Shown one piece after another: positions 49,733 to 59,781 of a DNA stretch of 64,000 bases (position 1 is the first letter of the stretch; every line of letters starts with the position of its first letter). The stretch covers positions 15,068 to 79,067 of the forward strand of contig JBIOTN010000067.1 in assembly GCA_044866005.1 (NCBI GenBank), given 5' to 3'. The notes below the pieces were generated by a model that saw only the letters and a program-made list of their open reading frames with translations, made no database searches and had not been told where the DNA came from. This DNA comes from Candidatus Rokuibacteriota bacterium (GTDB lineage: Bacteria > Methylomirabilota > Methylomirabilia > Rokubacteriales > DASRDR01). The position numbers and the translations under genes are program-made.

Positions 49733-51061
49733 ATGAGACTGCGTGAATCCGATCCCGACGTATCCCGCATCCTCGAGCGGGAACGCGAACGCCAGCGCGA
49801 AGGCGTGGAGTTGATCCCCTCCGAGAACTATGTGTCCGAGCCCGTGTTGGAGGCGATGGGGAGCATCTTCACGAACAAGTACTCGGAGGGATACCCCGGC
49901 CGGCGGTACTACGGCGGCAACGAGAACGTCGATGACGTCGAGCGGCTGGCGCAGGAACGGGCGAAGACCCTCTTCGGCGTGCCCCACGCCAACGTGCAGC
50001 CCTACTCCGGGAGCCCCGCGAACCTCGCCGTGTACCTCGCGACCTGCCAGCCCGGGGACCCGATCATGGGGCAGAACCTCCCCGACGGTGGGCATCTCAC
50101 GCACGGCTGGAAGGTGAGCGTCACGGGGATCTACTACCGCAGCGTCCCCTACCACGTGACGAAGGAAGGTTACATCGATTTCGACGAGGTCTGGCGGCTC
50201 GCCCGCGAGCACCGGCCGCGGCTCATCTGGTGCGGCGCGACGGCCTACGTGCGGGAGTTCCCGTTCGAGAAGTTCGCCGAGGTGGCTCAGGAAGTCGGCG
50301 CTTTCTTCGCCGCGGACATCGCGCACATCGCGGGGCTCGTGGTCGCCGAGGCGCACAAGAGCCCGGTGCCGTACGCGGACGTGATCACCACCACCACCCA
50401 CAAGACGCTGCGCGGGCCGCGTGGGGCGATGATCATGGTCACGCAGAAGGGGCTCAAGAAGGACCCGGAGCTCGCCGACCGGATCGACCGGGCGATCTTC
50501 CCGGGGCTGCAGGGCGGCCCGCACGACCACACGACGGCCGGGATCGCGGCGGCGCTGGGCGAAGCGTCGCAGCCGTCGTTCCGGGAGTACGGCCGGCAGA
50601 TCGTCGCGAATGCCAAGGTCCTCGCCGCCGGGCTGCTCCAGCGGGGCGTCCGGCTGGTGACCGGCGGGACGGACAACCACATGATCCTGATCGATCTCAC
50701 CCCGGACGGACCGGGCCGCGGCGTGTTCCTGCAGGAGGCCCTCGATCGGATCGGGATCACGGTCAACAAGAACACGATCCCCGGCGAGCCGTCCTCGGCG
50801 TTCTACCCGTCGGGCGTCAGGCTCGGCACGCCGGCGGCGACGACGCGCGGCATGCGCGAGGCGGAGATGGATCAGATCGCGGCCTGGATCGCCGCGGTGG
50901 CGGACGAGATCAAGGCGTTTCAGCTGCCGGAGGGACGCGAGGAGCGGACGGCCCGGTTCCAACTGTTCCGTCGGGCGATCGAGGAGAATGCCCGGCTGGC
51001 GGCGTTGCGAGAGGCCGTGCGGAAGTTCTGTCTGAAGTTCCCGGTTCCCGGCACGACGTGA
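49733..51061 (+). CDS. glyA: Serine hydroxymethyltransferase
   Basis: LIPSENY, NKYSEGYPG, GGHLTHG and TTTTHKTLRGPRG motifs. Confidence 0.96.
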   Translation: MRLRESDPDVSRILERERERQREGVELIPSENYVSEPVLEAMGSIFTNKYSEGYPGRRYYGGNENVDDVERLAQERAKTLFGVPHANVQPYSGSPANLAVYLATCQPGDPIMGQNLPDGGHLTHGWKVSVTGIYYRSVPYHVTKEGYIDFDEVWRLAREHRPRLIWCGATAYVREFPFEKFAEVAQEVGAFFAADIAHIAGLVVAEAHKSPVPYADVITTTTHKTLRGPRGAMIMVTQKGLKKDPELADRIDRAIFPGLQGGPHDHTTAGIAAALGEASQPSFREYGRQIVANAKVLAAGLLQRGVRLVTGGTDNHMILIDLTPDGPGRGVFLQEALDRIGITVNKNTIPGEPSSAFYPSGVRLGTPAATTRGMREAEMDQIAAWIAAVADEIKAFQLPEGREERTARFQLFRRAIEENARLAALREAVRKFCLKFPVPGTT

Positions 51062-51099
51062 GCACGGTGGAGCCGACGGGACAGCCTAGGGAGGCACCG

Positions 51100-52212
51100 A
51101 TGACGACGGAGCTGCTGTCGCCCGGGGGGTCGATGGAGATGGTCCGGGACGCCCTGCAGGCCGGGACGAACGCGGTCTACGTGGGTCCCCTGGGGTGGAG
51201 CCGCCGTGAGGCGAGCTACGAGTTGCGGCACGACCAGATCGGGGAGGCGGTGGAGCGGGCCCACGATCGGGGGGCGAAGCTGCGGGTGGCGCTGAACACG
51301 GACATCGACCCCGCCGACCATGCAGAACTGATGCGGAAGGTCGAGTGCTACGCGGGGTGGGGGGTGGACGGCTTCATCGTCAAGTCACCCCAGGCCATGC
51401 GCGAGATCCACGCGCGCTTTCCGGAGATCACGATTCACGCGAGCGTGGCCTGCAACATCCGCGACCGGGCGTCGATGGAGCGGGCCAAGGCGGCGGGGGC
51501 GAGCCAGTTCGTCGCGTCCACGGCGTTGAGCACCTACGAGCGCATCGCCGCGCTGAAGCAGACGGCGGACGAGGTGGGGCTCGGCGTAGAGCTGCTGATC
51601 CACTCGAACCGGTGCGTGACGGGGGTGGGAGGGTGCCGGCTCTACGATTACTTCGCGCCGTACTTCGAGGCACAGGCGGTGGAGGACGTGGACGGCAGCC
51701 GGCGGACGAAGCTGGTCGGGAACCCGGACAAGGGGGGGGTGTGCTACCGGCCGTGCCTGGGGACCGGGGTGCCGGCGATCGCGGCGAAGTTTCCGGGGCG
51801 GGTGCTCGAGTACCTGGCGCGGTCGAACAACGAGATCTACCACCTGCTGGAGGACGTGCCGCGCTACATGGCGCTGGGGGTGAAGACGCTGAAGATCCAG
51901 GGGCGGGAGTATCCGGCGGGGCTGATCGGGGAACTGACGCGGATCTACCGGCGGCTGATGGATCAGACGGCGGGCGGGGGGACAGCGGACGTGGCGGGGG
52001 CGCGCACGGCCCTGGAGCCGGTGCTGGCGGCGCGGGACGACTGCCGGCGGGCGAAGACGGAAAGCCTGCACCAGCGACTGCTGGCGCGGATGGGGGAGGC
52101 GCAGCCGGGGCCCACGACCGACTGGGACCCGGGCACCGAGGAAGCGCGGCTACGAGGAGCCGAGCGGCCCCTCGAGCTCCCCGGAGGGCCACCGCCGCAC
52201 GGAGGGGCTTGA
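51100..52212 (+). CDS. Peptidase U32-family protein (Fe-S, hydroxylation-type)
   Basis: ELLSPGGS, AVYVG, IHASV, Cx6C...CxxxC and LKIQGRE motifs. Confidence 0.82.
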   Translation: MTTELLSPGGSMEMVRDALQAGTNAVYVGPLGWSRREASYELRHDQIGEAVERAHDRGAKLRVALNTDIDPADHAELMRKVECYAGWGVDGFIVKSPQAMREIHARFPEITIHASVACNIRDRASMERAKAAGASQFVASTALSTYERIAALKQTADEVGLGVELLIHSNRCVTGVGGCRLYDYFAPYFEAQAVEDVDGSRRTKLVGNPDKGGVCYRPCLGTGVPAIAAKFPGRVLEYLARSNNEIYHLLEDVPRYMALGVKTLKIQGREYPAGLIGELTRIYRRLMDQTAGGGTADVAGARTALEPVLAARDDCRRAKTESLHQRLLARMGEAQPGPTTDWDPGTEEARLRGAERPLELPGGPPPHGGA

Positions 52213-52536
52213 CAACCCTTCGACGCGCGTGCTATGCGATACACTCGGGTTACGCATCGCTCGACGAGCAACCCCGCACTAGATAGCTGAAATCAGCGAT
52301 CTCCCGTAGCGTCCGTCCCGCCGGGCGAAGGAGGCGAGACAGGCCCAACAACATCGATTCCCTTCCGCGGCTCGGGCCACCCCGATTCCCGGGGACGTCG
52401 GACGCCGCGAATGCGATAGCCCGAACGGCGCTTCAGTCGAGCCCCTATTCCAGGTCGCGAGGAGGCGACGCGAGAGCAGAGGACGTCCCGCCCAGAGATT
52501 CAACGGCTCTGGTCTAGTGCAGAGAGGGAGGTCAGC

Positions 52537-53940
52537 ATGGCGAAAACCTATCCGGTGTTGTCCTGGCCCGCCGTACCGACGCCGACCCCCGACGACGTCT
52601 ACAAGGGGGAGAGCGACAAGGCGAAGGAGTACGCCCTGTGGCTGGAGGACAACCTCCGCCAGAGCAAGAACTTCGAGAAGCCCGAGGCGCTCAACAACAT
52701 CCGCGTCCTGGACTGCACTTCCACGATGATCATCGGCCACTGGTGCTCGTCGCTCTTCGCCGAGCTGGGGGCCGAGGTGATCATGGTCGAGCCGCCCGGT
52801 GGGGATCCTCTCCGCAAGCTCACCCCCTTCGGCCGGAAGGAGTACATGTTCAAGGACACCGCCAGCGGTGAGGAGGTGGGTGCGCGCTTCCTCGCGGAGG
52901 CCCGCAGCAAGCAGTCGATCACGCTGGACGTGGCCAAGCCAGACGGGCGCGAGATCCTCAAGAAGCTCGCCGCCCACGCCGACGTGATCATCGAGAACGC
53001 GCCCCCGGGGCAGTGGGACGAGTGGGGGATCGGTTATCGCCAGCTTTCCCAGATCAACCCCCGCCTGGTCTACTGCTGGGTCGGGCAGCTCGGCCAGTGG
53101 GGGCCGCTGAAGGACAAGCCCGGCAATCTCGACCCCACCGCCCAGGCCGCCTGCGGCTTCGTTCACGGGACCGGCGCGCCCGTCGCGTTCGGGGGCACCC
53201 CCACCCGCTCCGGCTGGTGGATGTGCGACCAGGTCGGCGGAACCGGCGCGGCGATCGGGATCATGACCGCGCTCAACTACCGGGAGAAGGTCTCGGGCCG
53301 CGGCCAGTTCGTCGAGGCGACCGGCGCCGCGGGCGTCATCCGCATCCTGGACTACAACTGGGGCTGGTACGGGATCGACGGCAGCATCCGGCCCCGGTAC
53401 GGCAACTGGGACCTCGCCATCTGCATCTACGCCGTGAACCCCTGCAAGGACGGCCAGATCATGGTGGGCGGCGGCCATGACCGGCTCTGGTATCGGATCT
53501 GGCGGACGGCGGGGAAGGATCGGCCGGAGATCGAGCAGCACATCGTCGAAGACCCGAAGATGAAAGAGGTGACCAACCGGCTGCCGCACTACGCGCAAGT
53601 GGAGACCTACACCTCGCTCTGCGAGTGGATGAAGGACAACACCCGGTCCGAGGCCGAGACCAAGCTCCAGGCCGAAGAGGTGGCGTCGGGCGGCGTGTCC
53701 TTCATCGACGAGGTCTCCGAGTTTCCCCACTACAAGTACCGGGGCCACCTGGAGGTCATCGACGACGTCTTCTACGGGAAGGTTCTGATCGGGGCCTCTG
53801 CCTTCATCGGCCAGCGGACGCCGGGCCGGGTGAAGTGGATCGGCCGCCCGACGGGGCACGACAACGAGGACGTCTACCGCCGGCTCCTGGGCTTCACCAA
53901 GGCGGAGATGGACGGGCTCAAGCAGAAAGGGGTGGTCTGA
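52537..53940 (+). CDS. Family III (CaiB/BaiF) CoA transferase, subunit A
   Basis: IRVLD, AELGAEVIMVEPPGGDPLR, KQSITLD and INPRLVY motifs. Confidence 0.9.
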   Translation: MAKTYPVLSWPAVPTPTPDDVYKGESDKAKEYALWLEDNLRQSKNFEKPEALNNIRVLDCTSTMIIGHWCSSLFAELGAEVIMVEPPGGDPLRKLTPFGRKEYMFKDTASGEEVGARFLAEARSKQSITLDVAKPDGREILKKLAAHADVIIENAPPGQWDEWGIGYRQLSQINPRLVYCWVGQLGQWGPLKDKPGNLDPTAQAACGFVHGTGAPVAFGGTPTRSGWWMCDQVGGTGAAIGIMTALNYREKVSGRGQFVEATGAAGVIRILDYNWGWYGIDGSIRPRYGNWDLAICIYAVNPCKDGQIMVGGGHDRLWYRIWRTAGKDRPEIEQHIVEDPKMKEVTNRLPHYAQVETYTSLCEWMKDNTRSEAETKLQAEEVASGGVSFIDEVSEFPHYKYRGHLEVIDDVFYGKVLIGASAFIGQRTPGRVKWIGRPTGHDNEDVYRRLLGFTKAEMDGLKQKGVV

Positions 53941-55286
53941 TGGCCGAGACCCTGAGCTTCGAAGAGTTCTGTCGAGACGTCTTTGACCCGAAGAAGATCT
54001 TCTCGAAGCCGGAGCCGCTGAAGGGCACCAGGTTCCTCAGCTGCACCCAGTACATCCTCGGCCCGTCGTGCGCGAACTACCTGGCGGAGCTGGGGGCCGA
54101 GGTGATCAAGATCGAGCTGCCCCGCCGGGGCGAGCCGATGCGCCACACCACGCCCTTCAACGAGCCCAAGCTCTACCCGCTGTCGAAGTGGATGCCCGAG
54201 ATGGGCACGGGGCTCGGCTTCTATGGCGCCAACCACAACGAGTACTTCCTTTCGGTGGACTTCCACAAGCCGGAGGGGCAAGAGATCGTCCGGATGCTGG
54301 CGGCGAAGTGCGACGGTGTCGTGGAGAACTACCGCGCCGGCACCTTCGACCGGTGGGGGATCGGCTACCGCCAGCTGAGCCAGATCAACCCGCGGATCAT
54401 CTACCAGTGGCTGGGGGGGTTCGGCGGCTGGGGCCCCGGCCGGAAACGGGCGAGCTACGACATCCTGGGTCAGGCCCAGGGCGGCTGCTTCTCGGTGACC
54501 GGCTGGCCGCTGGACAAGGGCGGCCTACCCGCCAAGCAGACGATCTGGATCATGGATTACTGGGGCGGGATGATGGGCGCCTTTCAGATCCTCGCGTGCA
54601 TGTACTGGCGCGACAACTTCTCCGGCCTCGGCAACTTCATGGAGTACTCCCAGGTGCAGGGCGCCCAGCGCCATCTCTCCGACTGCATCGCGCTCTACGG
54701 GCGGTACGGGCTTGTGCCCCAGCGCTGGGGGAACTGGGACGTGCTCCTCTCCGTCCACGGGATCATCAAGTGCGGCAAGTCCTCCTACCCCGACTCGAAG
54801 AACCCGCAGGAGCTGGAGGAGGGGTACATCCTGGTCAGCGCGTACAAGGATGCTGACTTCGCCAAGCTGATGCGGCTCATCAAGCGGGACGAGCTGGCGA
54901 AGAAGTACGCCGCCCACGACGAGCGGGTGAAGGCGGAGAGCCAGTACGAGATCTACCCCGCCATCGAGGCCTGGGCCAAGGACAAGACCAAGGAGCAGGT
55001 CCGCGACATCCTCACGAAGGAGGGGATCAACAACCAGCCGGTCTGGAACTCGAAGGAGGTGTCGACCCAGGAGCACTTCCACCTCCGCGGGGAGCTGGAG
55101 TGGCTGGACGATCCGACTTTCGGGGAGGTCCAGAGCCAGGGACCGGCCTTCCACCTCTCCGAGACACCGGCGCGCCACAAGTGGACGCTCAAGCCGGTGG
55201 GCGCGGACAACGAATACATCCTCGGCAAGCTCTGCGGCTTCTCGAAGACCAAGCTCGCGGAGCTCGAAGCGGACGCGATCATCTGA
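53940..55286 (+). CDS. Family III (CaiB/BaiF) CoA transferase, subunit B
   Basis: LAELGAEVIKIE, VENYRAG, INPRIIY and YDILGQA motifs; ATG overlaps the upstream stop. Confidence 0.9.
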   Translation: MAETLSFEEFCRDVFDPKKIFSKPEPLKGTRFLSCTQYILGPSCANYLAELGAEVIKIELPRRGEPMRHTTPFNEPKLYPLSKWMPEMGTGLGFYGANHNEYFLSVDFHKPEGQEIVRMLAAKCDGVVENYRAGTFDRWGIGYRQLSQINPRIIYQWLGGFGGWGPGRKRASYDILGQAQGGCFSVTGWPLDKGGLPAKQTIWIMDYWGGMMGAFQILACMYWRDNFSGLGNFMEYSQVQGAQRHLSDCIALYGRYGLVPQRWGNWDVLLSVHGIIKCGKSSYPDSKNPQELEEGYILVSAYKDADFAKLMRLIKRDELAKKYAAHDERVKAESQYEIYPAIEAWAKDKTKEQVRDILTKEGINNQPVWNSKEVSTQEHFHLRGELEWLDDPTFGEVQSQGPAFHLSETPARHKWTLKPVGADNEYILGKLCGFSKTKLAELEADAII

Positions 55287-55317
55287 CCCCCCGGCCCTGA
55301 CGGGAAGGAGGAGATGG

Positions 55318-55740
55318 ATGGCAGAAGTCGGCTACGGTCACTGTTCCCTTCTCTTGGAGTGTCCCAAGTGCCAGGTGATCAACTACATGGACCCCTTCAG
55401 CTTCTGGAACTTCTCGGGGAAGATCAAGTGCGCCGGCTGTGACGCGATCTACGCCGTGGCCTTCACGAACGGCCAGCGGGTGAAGGGGCCGGACCCGGCG
55501 CAGGGCCCGCACGACCGGTTGCCGGGCTACGCGCAGTCCAAGGACTTCAAGACGGATTACAAGACGCCCGACAAGGTGAGCCCGCCGACCTACGCGCGGC
55601 CGCCGGACCAGAAGCACGGCCCGACGTACAAGAACGTCCGAGGGAAGCTCGTGTCCGCGGGGAAGCTGACGGCAGCCGACCTCGTGGGGAGCCGCCCCCG
55701 CTTCATTGTCGAGGGCAAGCCGTATCAGCCGGCGAGCTGA
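55318..55740 (+). CDS. Small protein with two CxxC motifs (Zn/Fe ribbon-like)
   Basis: ECPKC...KCAGC; strong RBS AAGGAGG. Confidence 0.75.
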   Translation: MAEVGYGHCSLLLECPKCQVINYMDPFSFWNFSGKIKCAGCDAIYAVAFTNGQRVKGPDPAQGPHDRLPGYAQSKDFKTDYKTPDKVSPPTYARPPDQKHGPTYKNVRGKLVSAGKLTAADLVGSRPRFIVEGKPYQPAS

Positions 55741-55951
55741 GCGAGGAAAGGGGCGCTCCGGGTCCCGCCGCCGTGGCGGCACGGGGGAGCGGAAGGTTTC
55801 CGCGTCCACCCGCCACCGCGGACCGGCGGAACGGAAGGGTTCTGAGTCCCGCCGGCGCGGCGGCACGGCGAAAGGAACGGGTTCCGGGTCCAGTCGCCGC
55901 GGCGGAGCCGCGCAGGGGAAGCGCCCCGCGCCCGTCCGCGGCGCGGCCGCG
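55741..55951 (+). repeat. Degenerate 42-bp tandem repeat, ~5 units
   Basis: Units start near 55742, 55784, 55826, 55868 and 55910, sharing GGAA.GG.T.C..GTCC...CGCC..GGCGGCACG-like cores. Confidence 0.55.
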
Positions 55952-55969
55952 GAGAGGAGGCATTCAGGA

Positions 55970-56182
55970 ATGGCAGAACGGAGCTGGCCAGCCGATACCT
56001 ATCCGTTCGAGTGTCCGCACTACACGCGGGCGCTCGATCCCCACATCGCGCAGGCGTACTGGGGGTACGACGCGGTGAGCGAGTGGCCGTACACGCGGAT
56101 CATCGCCAAGGGGGGCGAGCCCCACAAGTGCGACTACTGCGCGGGGACGGCGCCGGTTCGGAAGGGCTTTCCCTTCTCGTAG
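55970..56182 (+). CDS. 70-aa Cys/His protein
   Basis: RBS GAGGAGG; ECPHY...KCDYC. Confidence 0.65.
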   Translation: MAERSWPADTYPFECPHYTRALDPHIAQAYWGYDAVSEWPYTRIIAKGGEPHKCDYCAGTAPVRKGFPFS

Positions 56183-56258
56183 CGGTCACGCTTCGACGGA
56201 TCGTCATCCACCCACCTCACGACCGCCGTGGCGGTCGTGAGGTGTTTTCGGAGGAGAG

Positions 56259-56633
56259 ATGAAAGTCGAGTTTTACTACAGCAGTAAACAGCAACCGGGG
56301 CCTCAGTTCCGCTGTGACAATCAAAAGGCCCTCGAGCTCTTGAAGCAGCTCGAGAAGAAAGGGGTGAACGTCAAGATCCAGGACACCGCAGAGCAGCCGG
56401 CCGCCTTCATGACCTACAACGCCGCGGTGACCGGTCCCCCCTCGGCGAAGCGCTCGGTCTTCGGGGCCAAGGGCGCGCTGGAGGAGGATTTCGGCAAGAC
56501 GGTCCCCGCTCTCCTCGTCTTCGACAAGGAAGGCGAACGCTACCCCTCCGAGGTCTTCCCGCGGACGGATCGGGAGCTAGACCGCCTGGTGGGGATCGAG
56601 GAGGCGCTGCAGAATCTCGTCAAGACGGGCTGA
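56259..56633 (+). CDS. Hypothetical protein (thioredoxin-fold-like)
   Basis: RBS GGAGGAG; MKVEFYYS...VPALLV; fold assignment is a guess. Confidence 0.65.
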   Translation: MKVEFYYSSKQQPGPQFRCDNQKALELLKQLEKKGVNVKIQDTAEQPAAFMTYNAAVTGPPSAKRSVFGAKGALEEDFGKTVPALLVFDKEGERYPSEVFPRTDRELDRLVGIEEALQNLVKTG

Positions 56634-56738
56634 GTCTTCGGAGGGGGGCGCGGCCCTCTCCGAGCTTCCCCCAGGCGCGCGGGCGAGGCCCGCGCCCGGA
56701 CTCGCCCGATCGGCGGGGCGCGCCCCCGGGGACGGCAC

Positions 56739-56984
56739 ATGGTCTGTCGGCGGTGCGGGAATGGCGTGGTGGAGCGATTCCACCGCGTGGACAGCTTCGA
56801 GCGGATTTCTCTGGCCGATGACCCCGCCGACCCCAACGGCGGCCACTACTACATCGACCTGGTCTACGTGATGCGTTGCTCCGCCTGCGGCCACCGTCAG
56901 GAGCAGGTGGCGAAGCGGTCTCCGTTTCCGACGTTGAAGGAAGCGCAGAAGGAGCTGGAAAGCCACATCATCGGCAAGGGCTGA
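56739..56984 (+). CDS. Small zinc-ribbon-like protein
   Basis: CRRC...CSACG. Confidence 0.65.
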   Translation: MVCRRCGNGVVERFHRVDSFERISLADDPADPNGGHYYIDLVYVMRCSACGHRQEQVAKRSPFPTLKEAQKELESHIIGKG

Positions 56985-57020
56985 TCTGCATATACAAGGG
57001 GCCCCGGCCGCCCCCCCCTC

Positions 57021-58028
57021 TCAGCTCCCCGAGCCCGACGGGCGGTGGTCCCGCTGGGCGTCCAGCTTCTGCCGGATCCGGCCGAAGGTCTGGAGGTCCT
57101 GCCGGAGGTCGGGGTGGCCGATCCGCTTGTCGATGGCGATGACCTCCTCCATGAGGCGAAGGGCGTCCCGGTACTCCCCCCGCTCCTCGTGGATCAGGGC
57201 CATGTTGTGGACGGGGATGGTGGCCCGGAGGAGATCACCCGACGCCTCGATCAGGCTCCGGGCCCTCGCATAGCGCTGGTAGGCCCCCTCCAGGTCCCCC
57301 AGTCGGCGCTGAACGAGGCCGAGGCTGTTCAAGGTGACCGCCATGGCCGTCGTGTCTTCCGCCTTCTCGTGGAGCGTGAGGGCTTGCTCGAGGGCCGGAA
57401 GGGCCTCGTGCCACCGCTCCGCGCGCATGTGGAGGCCTCCGATGTTCGCTAGCGTGACCGCGCGCCCGCGCGCGTCTCCGAGCCGCTCCTGCAGCTCGAG
57501 ACTCTTCTCGAAGGCCGCCATCGCTCCCGAGAGATCGCCCATCCGTGCCTTCACGGTTCCGATGTTGTTCCACGCCAGCGTGATCCCCGCCTGGTCGCCC
57601 AGCTCCGTTTTCAGCCGGAGGCTCTCGTCGTAGGCCTCGAGCGCCCTGCGGAAGTCCCTCTTCCCCTGGGAGGCCTCGGCGATCCCGCCGAGGGTGACCG
57701 CGGCGCCGGTCCTGTCCCCGGCCTCGTTGTGCAGGCCGAGCGCCCGGTGGTACAGCTCGAGCGCCCGGTCCCATCCCCCTTGCAAGCAGTAGAGCATGCC
57801 CAGGCGGTGAAGAGCGGGAGCCATCCCTTGCTGGTCCGTCGCCGTGGCGGCGATCTGGTAGGCCTCATCCAGCGCGCCTCGGGCCCCGCTCTCGTCGTTC
57901 AGCTCGCGCAGGAGGGCCGCGAGCCTCGACAGCGTATCCAGGAGCCCGGCCCAGTTCCCTGCCGCCTCCTGCGCCCGGGCTTGGGCCGCCAGCGTGTCCG
58001 CGGCCTCCCGGGGAGTCTGCTCGGCCAT
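57021..58028 (-). CDS. Tetratricopeptide repeat protein
   Basis: Repeated A..LNNIG..Y..A...Y..SL units of ~40 aa. Confidence 0.88.
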   Translation of the reverse strand: MAEQTPREAADTLAAQARAQEAAGNWAGLLDTLSRLAALLRELNDESGARGALDEAYQIAATATDQQGMAPALHRLGMLYCLQGGWDRALELYHRALGLHNEAGDRTGAAVTLGGIAEASQGKRDFRRALEAYDESLRLKTELGDQAGITLAWNNIGTVKARMGDLSGAMAAFEKSLELQERLGDARGRAVTLANIGGLHMRAERWHEALPALEQALTLHEKAEDTTAMAVTLNSLGLVQRRLGDLEGAYQRYARARSLIEASGDLLRATIPVHNMALIHEERGEYRDALRLMEEVIAIDKRIGHPDLRQDLQTFGRIRQKLDAQRDHRPSGSGS

Positions 58029-59386
58029 CAGGACCCCGGCTCGGGCGCCGGGCCGAATCCGAGGCCGCGCCCGATGATCTCGCGGATCTCCGGGAACCGG
58101 CCCGGCCTCTCCCCCTCCGGCACCATCTCCTCGAGCTCGAGCATCATCCGGCTCACCTGACGGTTCAGGCTCTTGAGCTCGTCGAGGTTCCCCAGCTCCC
58201 GCATGCCGCGATCGAGGACCCGCTGGTAGACGGGCTCCTGGCTCAGGCCGATCTGGTAGGCGGGGTCGAACAGCAGCTCGTATCGCTCGGTGAGGAGAAG
58301 GCGCGCGAGGTGCCGGGCGGCCTGCAGGGGATCCATCGCCTCGTTGTCCGTTTCCAGGAGCATGAACTTGTCATTGAACGGGAGGAGTTTCCAGACGTCC
58401 GGGTTGATCCGTTCGTGCGCCCACAGGCGCCCCGAGCGGTACCGGAGAGCGAAGTCGCAGATGTTCCGGTCTCCGAGTCGCATGGACAGACGCGGCAACA
58501 GGGTCGCGAGAACCGCGGGGGGAATGTCGGCCAGGCTGCGATAGCTCGCCCGGATGGACTCCAGCGCGCGCCCCTGCTCCTCGAGACCCATGAGCTCCAC
58601 GAGGACGCGGAGCGACGTCCGGAGCTGCTGGAGGTTCATGCCTTCCACCGCGGCCGTGACCTGCGGATCGAGCACCTCGGGGAGCTGCGCCGGCGCTGCG
58701 GGCGGCCACCGCGCCATCCGCTCGCCGAAGAGAGGGTCGAAGGGCGGGGCGAAGCCCGCCGACCGGCCGATGGCCTCGCGGAGAGGCGCCAGCGCTGCCT
58801 CCACGGCCGGGGGGTCCCGGAGATCGAGGTCCCGGAGGGAGCCGAGGGCCCGTTCCTTCAGCAGCTCGATCGCACTGTCGCTCGCGCCTCGCAGCCGCTC
58901 CACGAGGTCGAGGTAGGCGTTGAACTCGACCGCCGCCTCGCCGAGGCCGGGGTCGTGGAAGAGGTCGAAGTTCAGGCACATGAAGAGCCTCGCCAGCTCG
59001 GTGCGAAGCTGGTGCGGCTGCAAGGCCGAGGCCTGCTCCTGTAGCAGGTCCCACTTCTCGGCCGCCGACATGGCCTGGAGCTCTTCGTCGGTCAGGTCCC
59101 GCAAGCTCCCTCCCGGCGCGAACCGCTTCGTCTCCAGCGCGTCCAGGGCATGCTGCGTGTAGTCCGCCACGAAATCCTGCACGACGTGCCGCATCTGGTG
59201 CAGTTCGAGATGCTCGCTGTACCGTGAGAGCATCTGCTTCTGCGCCGCTGGCGGGAGGCAGTCCCGGAGAACGCGAACGGTCCAGCGGAGGTCCGTCTCC
59301 GCCATGAACGGGATCCGCTCAGTCAGCTCTTCGGCCCGTCGCTCGACGTACCGGCGCTGCGGTGCGATCCGTGACTGCTCTTCCAT
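58028..59386 (-). CDS. Hypothetical protein with internal duplication
   Basis: Long ORF in operon; LRWTVRVL/LRTSLRVL and LARLF...LFHDP/LARLL...LLFDP repeats. Confidence 0.7.
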   Translation of the reverse strand: MEEQSRIAPQRRYVERRAEELTERIPFMAETDLRWTVRVLRDCLPPAAQKQMLSRYSEHLELHQMRHVVQDFVADYTQHALDALETKRFAPGGSLRDLTDEELQAMSAAEKWDLLQEQASALQPHQLRTELARLFMCLNFDLFHDPGLGEAAVEFNAYLDLVERLRGASDSAIELLKERALGSLRDLDLRDPPAVEAALAPLREAIGRSAGFAPPFDPLFGERMARWPPAAPAQLPEVLDPQVTAAVEGMNLQQLRTSLRVLVELMGLEEQGRALESIRASYRSLADIPPAVLATLLPRLSMRLGDRNICDFALRYRSGRLWAHERINPDVWKLLPFNDKFMLLETDNEAMDPLQAARHLARLLLTERYELLFDPAYQIGLSQEPVYQRVLDRGMRELGNLDELKSLNRQVSRMMLELEEMVPEGERPGRFPEIREIIGRGLGFGPAPEPGS

Positions 59387-59395
59387 CTCACGCGC

Positions 59396-59737
59396 TCAGG
59401 GAGAGTCGGGGCAGAAGATCGCCCACGGGAAGTTGTAGTAGTCCTCCCCCATCCACTCGTCGATGTGGACGCACGTCTCCCCGCGGTAGCCGAATTCGGT
59501 GTCGAACTCGTAGGCGACGATGACGCGCTCTTCTGAGTCGAAATAGCGGATTGCGAACCGATCGGAGCCGTCGACGTAGTGGGCGTCGATCGGCCGGATG
59601 TCGGCGTGGTCCATCCCCAGCAACCTGAGCAGCTGGTACAGGTCGTACCGCTGCCCCTCGATGGTGAGCTCGGTGAGACCCGTGCCGACCTCCCCGAACC
59701 GCTCTTCCATCCGCTTCCGTTCCTGCCCTACGGTCAT
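59396..59737 (-). CDS. Hypothetical acidic protein
   Basis: RBS GAGG before ATG; coherent sequence ending WAIFCPDSP. Confidence 0.65.
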   Translation of the reverse strand: MTVGQERKRMEERFGEVGTGLTELTIEGQRYDLYQLLRLLGMDHADIRPIDAHYVDGSDRFAIRYFDSEERVIVAYEFDTEFGYRGETCVHIDEWMGEDYYNFPWAIFCPDSP

Positions 59738-59781
59738 CTGCCTCTTCCTCCCTCTCGCCGGCTCGCCGCGCCCCTGACGGT

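Noticed and set aside
55741..55951. CRISPR array
   Set aside because: No identical repeats separated by unique spacers, and no cas genes.
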